A stretch of DNA of 64,000 nucleotides from an uncultured Gemmatimonadales bacterium (GCA_963846435.1 CAWJVX010000007.1:88817-152816); one strand, 5' to 3'. Shown: positions 28,140 through 38,569, numbered from the stretch's first letter. Numbers and translations are program-made. The notes: a model not told the origin generated them from the letters alone.

Positions 28140-30249
28140 TCAGCGTGAAGCCGTGGCCTGATCCAGCAGGAGCCGCACCTTGGCCGCCAGAACCTCAGGG
28201 GTAAACGGCTTGCTGAGAAAGGGGTTGTTCGGGTCGATCAGGCCGCGGCGCACCATCTCGTCGTCGGCATACCCGGAGATGTAGAGCACCGGTAGCCTCG
28301 GCCGCTCTTTCTTGAGCCGCGCACCCAATTCCCGGCCGTTCATCGCCGGCATCGCCACATCCGTGATCACCAGGTCCACCGCTCCAGACCGGCGTTCGAT
28401 CAGATCCAGCGCTTCGCGCCCGTCTTCCGCCTGGAGCACCTCGTATCCTTCACTCTGGAGCTGCCGGGCGAGCATGGTGCGGACCGACTCTTCGTCCTCC
28501 ACTACCAGCACCACTTCCCCCGCGGTGGCTCCCGCTGAGAGCCCCTGCTCGGTAGTGGACTCCGCCACCGCTGCCGGGACCGCAGGGAGGTAAATCTTGA
28601 ACGTGGTGCCCTGGGCCAGCTCGCTATACGCCCACACGTACCCGCCCGACTGCTTTACGATGCCGTAGACGGTCGAGAGCCCGAGACCGGTTCCCTGGCC
28701 CACGGGTTTGGTGGTAAAGAACGGCTCGAAGATGTGGCTGAGGGTGGCCCGGTCCATCCCCTCGCCGGTATCGCTTACCGTAAGCAGAACGTAGGGACCC
28801 GGCCGCACGACCACGTCGGCCTTGAAGCCGGAGTATTCCTCGGTCAGAGTGACCGCATGAGTCTCCAGCGTCACCCGGCCGCCGTGGGGCATGGCGTCCC
28901 TCGCGTTCAGGACGAGATTCAGCAGAACCTGCTCGATCTGCCCCCGATCGGCCTTGATCCAACCGATGCCTGGATGGGGCATAAGCTCGAGGGCTGTCTC
29001 CTCTCCCAGAGTGCGGCGAAGGACCGGCGAGAAGTCGCGGACCAACTCGTTGAGATCGAACACCCGGGGACGCAGGACCTGCCGGCGTCCGAAGGCCAGC
29101 AGCTGGGCGGTGACGGCGGCCGTTCGCTCGGCGGCGCGCCTGATCCATTCCACGTCTTTTCGGACCGCGTCCGGCAGGCCCTCCCGCCGGAGAATGAAGG
29201 CCGAGGCGCCGAGCACGACGCTCATCTGGTTGTTGGCCTCGTGTGCCACCCCCCCAGCCAGCCGGCCCACCGCCTCCATCTGCTGCACCTGACGCAGATG
29301 CTCCTCCACCCGGCGCTTGTGGGTGACGTCGAGGACCGTGGTGACGGCCGCGACGATGGTCCCGCTGGCATCCCGAATCGGCGCCGCGTTCATGCTGAAG
29401 ATGGCCCGGCTCCCGTCGAGTCGAACGATCTCGATTTCCTCGCCGCTCACGGTTTCTCCCTGGAGTACGGCGCGAGCGAGCGGCCATTCGGTCTTGGCGT
29501 ACGGCCGGCCATCCGCATGCAACCCGGTGAGCCTGCCGTACGCGGCGATGCTGTCGATCGGGTCGTCCTCCAGGCCGCTCAGCTGGCCCACCGTCCGGTT
29601 CCTGAAAATGACCCGGCCGGAAGGTGCCTCGGCAAGCACGACGCCAACGGGCAAGTTGTCGAGCACCGTGGCCAACCGGGCGCGCTCCGCCTCGAGCGCC
29701 GTTCGAGCCTCGCGCTCTGCCTCGCTCAGCCGGGCATTCTCCGCGATCAGGCGCGCCTGCCGGACCTCCTCGGTCAGCCGGGCAATCTCGATCGGCGCCG
29801 CGGACTGATCCGCGATGGCGGCGAGCGCGGCCTCCTCCTCGGCCGACCAGGGAGACAGGCCGGCCCGGGTGACCGCGACGAGACCGGTGACCTCGCCCTG
29901 GACGATGAGCGGCACCGCCATGAACGCGCGCTCGGCCTGGGCCACCAGCGCCTTCTCCACCCGGGCGATCAAGCTCTCGTCCAGCGGCGACGCTCAGTCC
30001 GTCTATCAAGGCCGGATCGACTCCCTCGGACGCCCGCACGTGGGCCAGCCCATCGTCACCGACCAGCATGAGGAGCGCCTGGTCGGCGCCGAGAATGGCG
30101 GCGGCCTGACTGGCGGCGAGCTGAAGGATCTCATCCAGCGAGGCGGCCTGGGCCACGGCCCGGCTGAGCTGGGTGAGCTTCCGAAGCAGGCCAACCGCTG
30201 GAATGTCCGCGCGAAACGCGCCGCTGGGCCGTTCGGTGCTACTCGACAT
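28140..30249 (-). pseudogene. GAF-PAS hybrid sensor histidine kinase with receiver, one frame break near 29985
   Basis: The N-terminal GAF-like part (LDEILQLAASQAAAILGADQALLMLVGDDG) is in ORF 28624..30249. The rest is in ORF 28140..29972 (H-box VAHEANNQM, LNLVLNARDAM, DTGEGM, GTGLGLS, receiver VLVVEDEESVR...DLVITDVAMP). Confidence 0.82.
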
Positions 30250-31627
30250 GGACTCCGTCGGCCGCGATGGTCATGTCCCGGGTTTCATCATCATGCGCGC
30301 TTCCCCTGGTCTTGTAGACGCTGATGCGCCGCCTGAGCCGGTCGCCTCGCTTGATTTCCAGGAGGATCAGGTTGTCGCACATGTAGCTGAGGCGGGAGAA
30401 ATCGGCCGGCCCGGCAGGGCTTTCCAGCGGTCCGTGAACGGTGTCCTCCAGGACAAAGAACGTCGTGATGCCCAGGACGGTAAGCCGCTGCACCAGCGCG
30501 TAGAGAAAGTTATGAATCCGCTGGGGATCTGCGGCCGCCATGGACAGGTCGCCGATGGCATCGATGACGACACGCTGGATTCCGTACTCCTCGATCCTAT
30601 GGAAGATGTCCACGATGATACGATCGATCTGGAGCTCCACCGACGACACGTACATGAAGATGAAGCTGGGAACTTCCCGACGCGATATCGGGCGCCAACG
30701 CCTGGAGGACGTTCCCCAGCTGGGTCGGGTTCTCCTGAAAATTCACGTACAGGGACGGCTCTCCGACCCGCGCGCCCGCAAGGGCGAATTGGAGCCCCAG
30801 CATGGTCTTGCCCGAGCCGGTGGGGCCGGCAATCAGGGTAGTACTGCCCCGCCATACCCCGCCATGGAGCATGCTGTCGAGCCCCGCTACCCCGGTGCCA
30901 ACTCGCTGCCGCTTGGTGTTGTACGCCTCGGGCAGCGCGGGACTCACCAGCCGGGGGAAGATCTCGAATCCCGCGGGGGAGATGTGGATGCCGTGCAGGC
31001 CTTCGAGGTAGCCGCTGCCCCGGAGCTTGCTCACCCGCATGAAGCGCTCATCGGTGGTGGAGCGCTTCTGGCGGGCGAACTCCACGATTCCATCGGCCAC
31101 CGCGAACTCGGGATACAAGCGCCACATCCTCTCCCCGGTACTCGCCTACCAGGAAGGTGGTCGTCGCATAGGCGCCCAGCAGGCCGGCCAGGCTGGAGAC
31201 CAGGCGCCGCCTGGCCGACTCCGTGGTCGCCAGGTCGTGGATGGCCTTGAAGGAATCGATGACGATGATCTTGGGACCGATGGTCTCGATCGCCTCCCGC
31301 AGCTGGCCGAGCAGCGCCTCCGGACCCTCCTGCACCAGGCGCGCTCCCACATCCTCGTACACCACGTCGGTGCCCATCTTGTCTCTCGTCGTAGAACTCG
31401 AATTGCTGGAGGTAGGTCACCACCTTGCTGAGCGGCTCCGAGAGCGTGGTCACATACAGGCAGGGCCGGTCTCCGTCCGCATTGGCAAAGAGCAGCTGCT
31501 CCGCAAAGAGGGTCTTCCCGGTACCCGGCTCGCCCATCAGGATGTTGATGGAGTTGAGGGGAAACCCGCCCTCGAGAATCCGGTCGGCCTCCCGGTTGCC
31601 GGTGCTGACCCGCGCGGGAGGGGTCAT
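30239..31627 (-). pseudogene. KaiC-like double RecA-fold ATPase, three frame breaks
   Basis: Two Walker A motifs, GEPGTGKT (N domain) and GPTGSGKT (C domain). Four consecutive ORF pieces (31031..31627, 31048..31377, 30597..31127, 30239..30655) with codon phases 1, 0, 2, 1. Ends ...RISVYKTRGSAHDDETRDMTI. Confidence 0.85.
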
Positions 31628-32166
31628 CGAGGTTTCTCCGTGGAGAGCTGTGGCGCGGGGCGCTGCGCACCGCCCGGAGCGCGCTCGGCCAGGAGCCGGC
31701 GCACCGCGTCCTTCAGGCTTTCGGCCGACATCGGCTTGCTGAGGAACGCGTCGGCCCCCGCATCCTGCGCCCGCCGCTCGGCGGCCAGAAGGCTGAAGAC
31801 GAGTACCGCGATATCCCTGGTGGCCGGGTCGGCCTTGAGCCGGCGGCAGAGCGCCAGGCCGTCGAGCTTGGGGACCAGGATCTCGGTGATGACGATGGTG
31901 GGATGGATCCGGCGGGCGAGCTCCAGAGCCTGGAGCCCGTCATCGGCGAAGGTGACGCCGAACCCCGCTTCCTTCAGGAAGTAGGTCTCGAGCTCTCTGA
32001 CGTAGGGATCGCGCTCGACGCACAGGATGACGGCATTCCCGGCCCCGGTCCGCGACGCGGATGGAGAAACGTGCACTGCAGCCTTGGAATTAGAGGATCG
32101 TGGTGCCCAGAGCCACGGTCTACCCGGGTAAGGTAGCCGTTGCGGCGGACACCACAAGCTGACCAA
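31624..32166 (-). CDS. single-domain response regulator (CheY-like receiver)
   Basis: AVILCVERDPYVRE...PTIVITEILVPKLDGLALCRRLK...FLSKP. The stop overlaps the kaiC-like start (ATGA). The true start is probably downstream of 32166. Confidence 0.8.
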   Translation of the reverse strand: MVSLWCPPQRLPYPGRPWLWAPRSSNSKAAVHVSPSASRTGAGNAVILCVERDPYVRELETYFLKEAGFGVTFADDGLQALELARRIHPTIVITEILVPKLDGLALCRRLKADPATRDIAVLVFSLLAAERRAQDAGADAFLSKPMSAESLKDAVRRLLAERAPGGAQRPAPQLSTEKPR

Positions 32167-32252
32167 GCGGCCTTAAGAGCTTCTCGCCGTGGCCTTCTTG
32201 ATGCACGCCGCAAGGCGCCCAGCCGGAGCCGGGCGCCTGGTAGGGGATGTTT

Positions 32253-33032
32253 CTACTCGCTGGAACCAACCGGGAAGTTCTCCGGCAGGCCTTCGGCGAT
32301 CGTGACGGCATCTGCATCGCATTTCGGGTGCTCGAAGCCGTCGAGGGTGGCGTCGGCGCTGAAGATAATGTTGTCCGTGCTGCTCTCTCCCACCCCGGCA
32401 GGGACATTATCGAGATTGAGCGAGTGCCGCAGTTTCCAGGCGATGATGTGGTCGGTGCACGAAGTGTCGCCGCTCAAACCGATGCCGCCAACCAGCCGGC
32501 CGCTCGGGGTATAGAGGGCCAGCCCGCCGCCGAACACGTTGATCCCGCCGATCCGCTTCCCGATCATGAAGTCCTTCCTGGTACCGAAGTCTCCGGCTCT
32601 GCCGCCGTAGGCGACATCGGGATCCACCGGATTGCTCTCCTGGAGGCCGAAGAGGCTCCCGCCCGGCTGCACCGGCGCGTACAGATTCGCGCTGCTCAGC
32701 GCGAAGTCCTTGAGACTGAACGCGTTCGCGGTATTGGCCTTCTGGGCCGAGATCACCCGGCTGCCGGGCCACTGGTCGCCCCGGTTCTCCCCGCTGAATA
32801 CCACGTCCACCACCAGACCGTTGCGATCCAGTATGGTGGCCCACATGTCGAATCCCAGGCCGCCGTTCTCCTCGCTGACTATCTCCTGGAGCTTGGCGCG
32901 AAGGCTGGAGTGACTGGGAAGAAAGTGAGCTACGCTGGCGGCTTCCACGGTGGGGCCTGTCGCGCTGTCGCTGCATCCGGCCGCCACCAGGGTGCAGGCG
33001 GCCACCAGTGGGAACGCATAGAACGAACGCAT
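32253..33032 (-). CDS. secreted GlcG/HbpS-like (DUF336) haem-binding family protein
   Basis: Lipobox-like LVAAGCS. SAQKANTANAFS...GGIGLSGDTSCTDHIIAW. Confidence 0.7.
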   Translation of the reverse strand: MRSFYAFPLVAACTLVAAGCSDSATGPTVEAASVAHFLPSHSSLRAKLQEIVSEENGGLGFDMWATILDRNGLVVDVVFSGENRGDQWPGSRVISAQKANTANAFSLKDFALSSANLYAPVQPGGSLFGLQESNPVDPDVAYGGRAGDFGTRKDFMIGKRIGGINVFGGGLALYTPSGRLVGGIGLSGDTSCTDHIIAWKLRHSLNLDNVPAGVGESSTDNIIFSADATLDGFEHPKCDADAVTIAEGLPENFPVGSSE

Positions 33033-33314
33033 GTGCTACTCCTTTCGGGTTCGGGCTACTAAGGACGAAATGGAAGGGAGGGAGTACGAATGGGGGGCGG
33101 ACTGCGGGCCCGGCCGTGAGGCTCAACAACCGAGAGGCGCGACCTGAACCACGGAACACGCAGCATGGTGTTCGTTGCGTATGGGGACGCAAACTGCGGA
33201 AAGGACCAAAGTACCGTGGGGACTGTGGCCCACAAGTAGTCTGTCGATTTCGGCGCCCCTCGTTCGACTTATAAGTAGAGGAGAGAGACGGCTTCAGTCG
33301 AGGAGGAGTTACTC

Positions 33315-33572
33315 ATGGTGACATACTGCGAGCTTCATGAGGGAGGGCGATCGCTGGGGTGGGTCGTCTCGGCCCGGGACCCGGACCTGGTTGGACGGGC
33401 GGCCGGCACCATACTGCTCCGCCGCGAGCCGCCGGCGGAGCTCCTCCAGGCCTCACCGGGTGAGCCGCTGCGGCGGTGCGCCGCGCCGGGCCCGGCGTTC
33501 CCCCGCAGGACCTACTCGCCCCGTTGGTTCAGCCCGACTCTCGACCAGCTCCGCCTTCGCCGAGCGGGCTAA
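33315..33572 (+). CDS. hypothetical 85-aa protein (no homology recognised)
   Basis: GAGGAGG sits 7 nt upstream of the ATG. About 83 percent G/C at third positions by my count. Lies inside a 665-nt gap between annotated genes. Confidence 0.3.
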   Translation: MVTYCELHEGGRSLGWVVSARDPDLVGRAAGTILLRREPPAELLQASPGEPLRRCAAPGPAFPRRTYSPRWFSPTLDQLRLRRAG

Positions 33573-33697
33573 GGCGTAATCCAACCCCGCCGGACCGAGG
33601 GTGGACGGCTCCGGTCGCCCCGATTGCGGAATTCGCCGGGTGGACTAAGAATGTAGCGGCCGATGCAGCCCGCTCCTTCCCCATCCCCGGAGTCCGC

Positions 33698-35032
33698 ATG
33701 CGCCGCCTCCTGGCGACCGCCGCGTTAGCCCTTCTGGCCGTCTCACCACTCCAGGCCCAGCACCTTCGGGACCGGCTCGCCGATCTCTTCATCTTCGGAA
33801 CCGGCGAAAGCCCGCTCAACCTGGGCGGAACCAGCGACCCGAGCAACCCCGACTCGATCCGGATTCACGGAAACCATTTCGTTCCGGCCGCGGTGGCCAG
33901 CAACGGCACCGTCATCTCGTTCCTGACCAACTCCATCGGCAGCAACGTGGCGAACGTCCCGGTGAGCGCCACCAGCGGGGGCTCGACCTTCAGCTTTCAG
34001 GGTGGCGTTCCGACCCGGACCTCGACCTCGGCCGGTCCGATCTTCGGCGAGCGGGCCCAGACCCTGGGCCGGGGCCGAGTGCTCGCCGGTCTCTCTCGCA
34101 CCGGCCTGCATTTCAAGACGCTCCGGGGGGTGGACCTGGACCACATCCGCTTCACCTTCACCCACGCCAACTCGGATTTCCCGGGCTGCGATTCGGTGGC
34201 CGGCGGAGACTGCTCTCTCCTCGGCATCCCCACGCTCGAAAACGAATCGATTGATCTGGACCTGAGGCTGGATGTCCGGCTCACCGTGACCGCGTTCCTG
34301 CTCACCTACGGCATCACCGACCGGGTGGACGTGGGTGTCGCCCTCCCGCTCGTGTCGGTCTCGCTCGACGGCACCAGCAATGCGCAGATCAATCCCTTCG
34401 GCCCGCCGCCCGCGGTGCACTTCTTCGGCGGCACGCCCGAAAATCCCATTCTCACCGCTTCCCGAACCATCGATGGATCCAGCACCGGTCTGGGAGACGT
34501 GGACGGCCGGGTCAAGATCAATCTCCGCCGGGGCGAGCCGCTCTCCGTCGCGGTGCTGGGCGACGTTCGATTCCCCACCGGCAGCGAGAGCAACCTGCTC
34601 GGCTCCGGTGCCTTCGCGGTCCGGGGGCTTGCCATCATGTCAGCCCACTTCGGCGACTTCTCGCCCCACGCCAACGTGGGCTACCTCTACCGGGGCGGCG
34701 ACTTCGAGAACGATGCGGTGCTGGCAACCGTAGGCTTCGACCACCTCCTGGCTCCCTGGGCAACGCTCGCGGTCGATGTCATCTCCCAGCTCCAGGTCGG
34801 CGACAGCCCGCTCCAGGTACCCGGCCCGGTGCACATCGAGGCTCCCTACCACCGCACGATCGTCCCCACGGTGATTCCCGACAGCCGGGACGACATCGTG
34901 GATGGCTCGCTCGGAGTCAAGCTCACTGCCGCTCCGGGACTCACGGTGGTGGGCAATGGGGGGTGGTCGCTCAATCGCGGAGGGTTGCGGCCGGACGTGA
35001 TCTGGACAGCTGGATTGGAGTACAATTTCTAG
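33698..35032 (+). CDS. outer-membrane beta-barrel protein (MetA/phenol-degradation-like transporter family, tentative)
   Basis: Signal peptide MRRLLATAALALLAVSPLQAQ. Alternating beta-strand pattern. C-terminal ...WTAGLEYNF with terminal Phe. Confidence 0.65.
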   Translation: MRRLLATAALALLAVSPLQAQHLRDRLADLFIFGTGESPLNLGGTSDPSNPDSIRIHGNHFVPAAVASNGTVISFLTNSIGSNVANVPVSATSGGSTFSFQGGVPTRTSTSAGPIFGERAQTLGRGRVLAGLSRTGLHFKTLRGVDLDHIRFTFTHANSDFPGCDSVAGGDCSLLGIPTLENESIDLDLRLDVRLTVTAFLLTYGITDRVDVGVALPLVSVSLDGTSNAQINPFGPPPAVHFFGGTPENPILTASRTIDGSSTGLGDVDGRVKINLRRGEPLSVAVLGDVRFPTGSESNLLGSGAFAVRGLAIMSAHFGDFSPHANVGYLYRGGDFENDAVLATVGFDHLLAPWATLAVDVISQLQVGDSPLQVPGPVHIEAPYHRTIVPTVIPDSRDDIVDGSLGVKLTAAPGLTVVGNGGWSLNRGGLRPDVIWTAGLEYNF

Positions 35033-35063
35033 AGAGCAGTTACCAGTCGCCAGTCGCGACTCC

Positions 35064-36769
35064 CTACCGCACTTCCCTGATCCGCCACTGACCGCCTTGG
35101 TTCGAGAAGGAGGCACGAAACGACACCGGCTGGCTCTCCGCCCGCCCGGTGCTGGTGTTGAGGTAGGTGTAATTGCCGGTGACCTGCGCTTCCGCCGCGC
35201 CGCCGGAGGCGCGGAGTTGCCCGACCGAAAGCTGGGCCTTCACGTCGCGCACCAGCTGGAAAAACTGCTGCCAGCCCCGCTGCTGCACCGGCGTCATCCC
35301 CGGATACACCCGTTGCAGATCGGCCAGGCTCTTTGATTCGATGGCGCCGGCGTACTCCGCGACCACAGCGCGGATTTCCGGCCCGAGATCGGCGGGCTTA
35401 GGCGCTGGCGTCGGCACCGCCGCCGGTAAGGAGGGTGGCGCCGGGGCGGCGACCGGAGGAGCCGCGGCCGCCGGCGGGGACGGCACCGATTCTATCGCCG
35501 CCAATGTTTCAGCCGCGGGCTCGGGAATGACTGTCTCCCGCGTGGTCGGTGCCGGCGGTGTGGGGGTCTGGCTTCGCGCCTGGTCTCGCCGAGTTCTCTT
35601 CGAAGACGGTGCATCCCCGGTTGCAACGGAGCGGCGTGCAGCTGGCGGCTCTGGTGGGACGGGTTGCACCGGCGCCGCAGGGTGGATCCGGGACAGGGAG
35701 TCAACCGGCGGCGCGATTGCCCCCGCACTATCCCCATCGGCGGCGCTCTGGGCGGGAGCGTGGCCTGCGGCGAGGGCCGGAGCCACAGCAGTCCTCCCCC
35801 CACCAGCGCCAGGAGTGCCGCCGCCGAGGCCAGGAGCGGCCATTTCTGCCGGCGACGTATGGGCAATCCTCCCACCGGCAGACGCACGGCTGTCGTCGCC
35901 GCGGTTCCTCCACTCGGGGTGGCAATCGCGTCGAGTACGTGCATGACCTCGGCCGCGGTCTGGGGACGATCCGCCGGGCGTTTGGCGAGACATTCTCTCA
36001 CCAACGTCGCGAGCATCGGCGGCACGGCGGGGCGGCGCCGCTCGACCGGCTCGGGCTCCTCGACCACGTGGGCGGCAAGCACCTGCGGCGCCGCGCGTCC
36101 CGAGAACGGTGGCGATCCGGTGAGCATCTCATAGGTCACGATCCCGAGCGCGTAGATATCGGCCCGGTGATCGGTATTGGGACTGGCAGTGGCCTGCTCG
36201 GGCGCCATGTAGGCCGGCGTCCCGAGGGCCACCCCCAACGACGTGAGCCCGCTGGACCCGGGCGTGCCGGCGGAAGCGGTGACCGCCTTGGCTACGCCGA
36301 AGTCGGTGACGACGGCGACGCCGCCCGAGAGGAGGACATTGTCGGGCTTGACGTCGCGGTGGACGATCCCGTGGGCGTGGGCATAGGCAAGCGCCGATAC
36401 CACGTCGCGCAGGATCCGCACCGTGTCCGCGATGGGGAACTCGCCCTCGCGGGCCACCCGGGTCCGCAGCGATTCCCCGGTGACGTAGGGCATGATGAAG
36501 TACGGCAGGCCCTCCGCCTCGCCGGCCGACAGCAGGGGGACGATATGAGGGTGCTGTAACTGCGCGGCCAGCTGGATCTCGCGCCGGAACCGCTCCACGT
36601 TCACCCCGGCCGCCAGCTCCGGGAGGAGCACCTTCACCACGACTTTCCGGCCCAGCGAGCGCTCCAGGGCAAGGAAGACGCGCGACATGCCGCCGCCCCC
36701 GAGCTCGCGCTCCAAGAGGTAGGCATCTCCAAGGGCCCGCTGCACTTGCTCTTGCAGGCTCGAACTCAC
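35064..36769 (-). pseudogene. Ser/Thr protein kinase, TM segment, Pro/Ala-rich linker and C-terminal NTF2/SnoaL-like domain; one frame break near 35760-35800
   Basis: LGGGGMSRVF, VVKVL, HRDVKPDNV, DFGVAK, GTPAYMAPE, TM LLASAAALLALVGGGLLWL in ORF 35492..36769. The C-terminal part (...IRAVVAEYAGAIESKSLADLQRVYPGM...GGQWRIREVR) is in ORF 35064..35993. Confidence 0.8.
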
Positions 36770-36805
36770 TCGATCTCAATCCGGAAAGGGACTGAAATCT
36801 AGAGA

Positions 36806-38056
36806 TCAGGGTGGGAGAAGGCCACCACGCAGCTCGCCGAGCCGCCGATCGAGGAAGCGCCGCTGCGGCTCCTGTCTGGTAAGGGCCAGCGCTCGCTCGT
36901 ATGACTCGATCGCCTGGGCTGTCCAACCGAGCCTGCGGCAGAGCTCCGCCCGCGCCGAATGGGCCAGGGGATAGTCGGCCAGCTCGCCCCTCGCCAGGAG
37001 CCGGTCTATCAGGATCAGCCCCGCCTCGGGCCCATCCCGCATTGCCACCGCCGCGGCACGGTTGAGCTCCACCACCGGAGATGGGTCGGCCCTGAGCAGC
37101 ACATCGTAGAGCCCAACGATCTCGGCCCAGTCGGTCTCGGCTGAGCTCCGCGCTCCGGCATGGACCGCGGCGATGGCCGCCTGAAGGGTGTAGGGCCCGA
37201 AGCTCCGCGACCCCAAGGCCCGCTCCACCAGCGTGATCCCTTCCGCAATCTGCTCTCGATTCCACAGCGAGCGGTCCTGGTCGTCCAGCAGCACCAGCTC
37301 GCCGTCGGCGGTGGTCCGAGCCCGCCGCCGCGACTCCTGCAGCAGCATCAACGACAACAGGCCAACCGCCTCGGGCTCCGGCAGCAGCTCCACCAGGAGC
37401 AGGCCCAACCGGATCGCCTCGGCCGACAGGTCCATTCGGGTGAGCGAGTCACCCGACGAAGCGGAGTAGCCCTCGTTGAATACCAGGTAGATGACGTGGA
37501 GCACCGTGGCCAGGCGCTCGGGGAGGTCCCGGCGACCTGGAATTTGATAAGGAATTCGGGCGGCCTTGATCTTGGCCTTGGCCCGCACGATCCGCTGCGC
37601 CAGCGTGGCCGCGGGCAACAGAAACGCGTGGGCGATCTCTTCGGTGGTGAGCCCGCAGACTTCGCGGAGGGTCAGGGCGATCTGGGCGTCGGGTGGCAGG
37701 GCAGGGTGGCAGCAGGTGAAGATGAGGCGGAGCCGGTCGTCCTCGACGCCCTCATCGTCCACCTCGTGCGGGGTGGTGACGCCATCGCCCAGCCGCTCGG
37801 CCACCGCAGCCAGGGAGGCGTCGAACCGGGCCCGCCGGCGGAGCGCGTCTATCGCCTTGAAGCGGCCGGTGGAGACCAGCCAGGCACGGGGATTGGCCGG
37901 CACCCCGTCTGCGGGCCAGCGCTCGACCGCGGCGGTGAACGCATCCTGAAGCGCCTCCTCCGCCAGGTCGAAGTCGCCCAGCAGGCGGATGAGGGTAGCG
38001 AGGACGCGGCGGGACTCGGAGCGGAAGGTTTGTTCGATGGAGTCACGAGTCGTCAT
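36806..38056 (-). CDS. ECF sigma factor with long C-terminal TPR-like extension (ECF42-like)
   Basis: Sigma regions 2 and 4 (EEALQDAFTAAVERWP; LTTEEIAHAFLLPAATLAQRIVRAKAKI), followed by about 230 extra residues. Confidence 0.85.
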   Translation of the reverse strand: MTTRDSIEQTFRSESRRVLATLIRLLGDFDLAEEALQDAFTAAVERWPADGVPANPRAWLVSTGRFKAIDALRRRARFDASLAAVAERLGDGVTTPHEVDDEGVEDDRLRLIFTCCHPALPPDAQIALTLREVCGLTTEEIAHAFLLPAATLAQRIVRAKAKIKAARIPYQIPGRRDLPERLATVLHVIYLVFNEGYSASSGDSLTRMDLSAEAIRLGLLLVELLPEPEAVGLLSLMLLQESRRRARTTADGELVLLDDQDRSLWNREQIAEGITLVERALGSRSFGPYTLQAAIAAVHAGARSSAETDWAEIVGLYDVLLRADPSPVVELNRAAAVAMRDGPEAGLILIDRLLARGELADYPLAHSARAELCRRLGWTAQAIESYERALALTRQEPQRRFLDRRLGELRGGLLPP

Positions 38057-38062
38057 CGAGTT

Positions 38063-38159
38063 GTCATCCTGAGCAAAGCGAAGAGCCTGCTCTAAGCGAA
38101 GGGATCTCTTCGTTGCCAGGCTGAGAGATCCTTCGGTCGTTTCACTCCCTCAGGATGAC
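38063..38159. repeat. 97-bp palindromic element with GTCATCCTGAG / CTCAGGATGAC termini (cargo-less copy of the element at 62418..62638)
   Basis: gtcatcctgagcaaagcgaag...gcgaagggatctct...agagatccttcgg...ctcaggatgac, with a nested inner hairpin. Confidence 0.8.
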
Positions 38160-38173
38160 AATCTCGCGACGCG

Positions 38174-38569
38174 TCAACCCCTTGCTTGGGCCACCGCCTG
38201 CTCCTGCTGGGCCGCTTCCTGGGAGAAGTCGATCACCGGCCGGACCTCGACCCCACCATCCCGCGCACCCGGGATCTTCGAGGCCACCTGAATGGCTTCA
38301 TTCAAGTCCTTGGCGTCGATGAGGTAGAAGCCGCCCAGCTGCTCCTTGGTCTCGACGTATGGACCATCGGTGGTGGAGATCTTGCCGTTCCGGACTCGAA
38401 CGGTCGTCGCAGTCGGGGTGGGCTGAAGTGCCTCGCCGGCCACCAATTTGCCGCTGCTGCGGATGTCCTCGGTGAAGGCAAAGTACTCTCCCATGACTGC
38501 CTCCAACTCCGCCTGCGGCTTCGACTCCCACGCTTTCTCGTTCTCGTAGATCAGGCACAGGTATCTCAT
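38174..38569 (-). CDS. YCII-related (DGPF) domain protein
   Basis: MRYLCLIYENEKAWES...DGPYVETKEQLGGFYLIDAKDLNEAIQVASKIP. Confidence 0.8.
   Translation of the reverse strand: MRYLCLIYENEKAWESKPQAELEAVMGEYFAFTEDIRSSGKLVAGEALQPTPTATTVRVRNGKISTTDGPYVETKEQLGGFYLIDAKDLNEAIQVASKIPGARDGGVEVRPVIDFSQEAAQQEQAVAQARG

Noticed and set aside
28624-30249. 541-aa ORF overlapping the hybrid kinase gene.
   Set aside because: Only its first 90 or so residues (the GAF-like part) look like real protein. The rest is an out-of-frame shadow of ORF 28140..29972. I treated the two as one gene with a single frame break near 29985.
30239-31627. Programmed ribosomal frameshifting or transcriptional slippage as the explanation for the kaiC-like (and cydA) frame changes.
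   Set aside because: I saw no slippery heptamer or long homopolymer at the reconstructed junctions. There are three shifts in one gene and about 40 in the window, which is incompatible with a programmed event.
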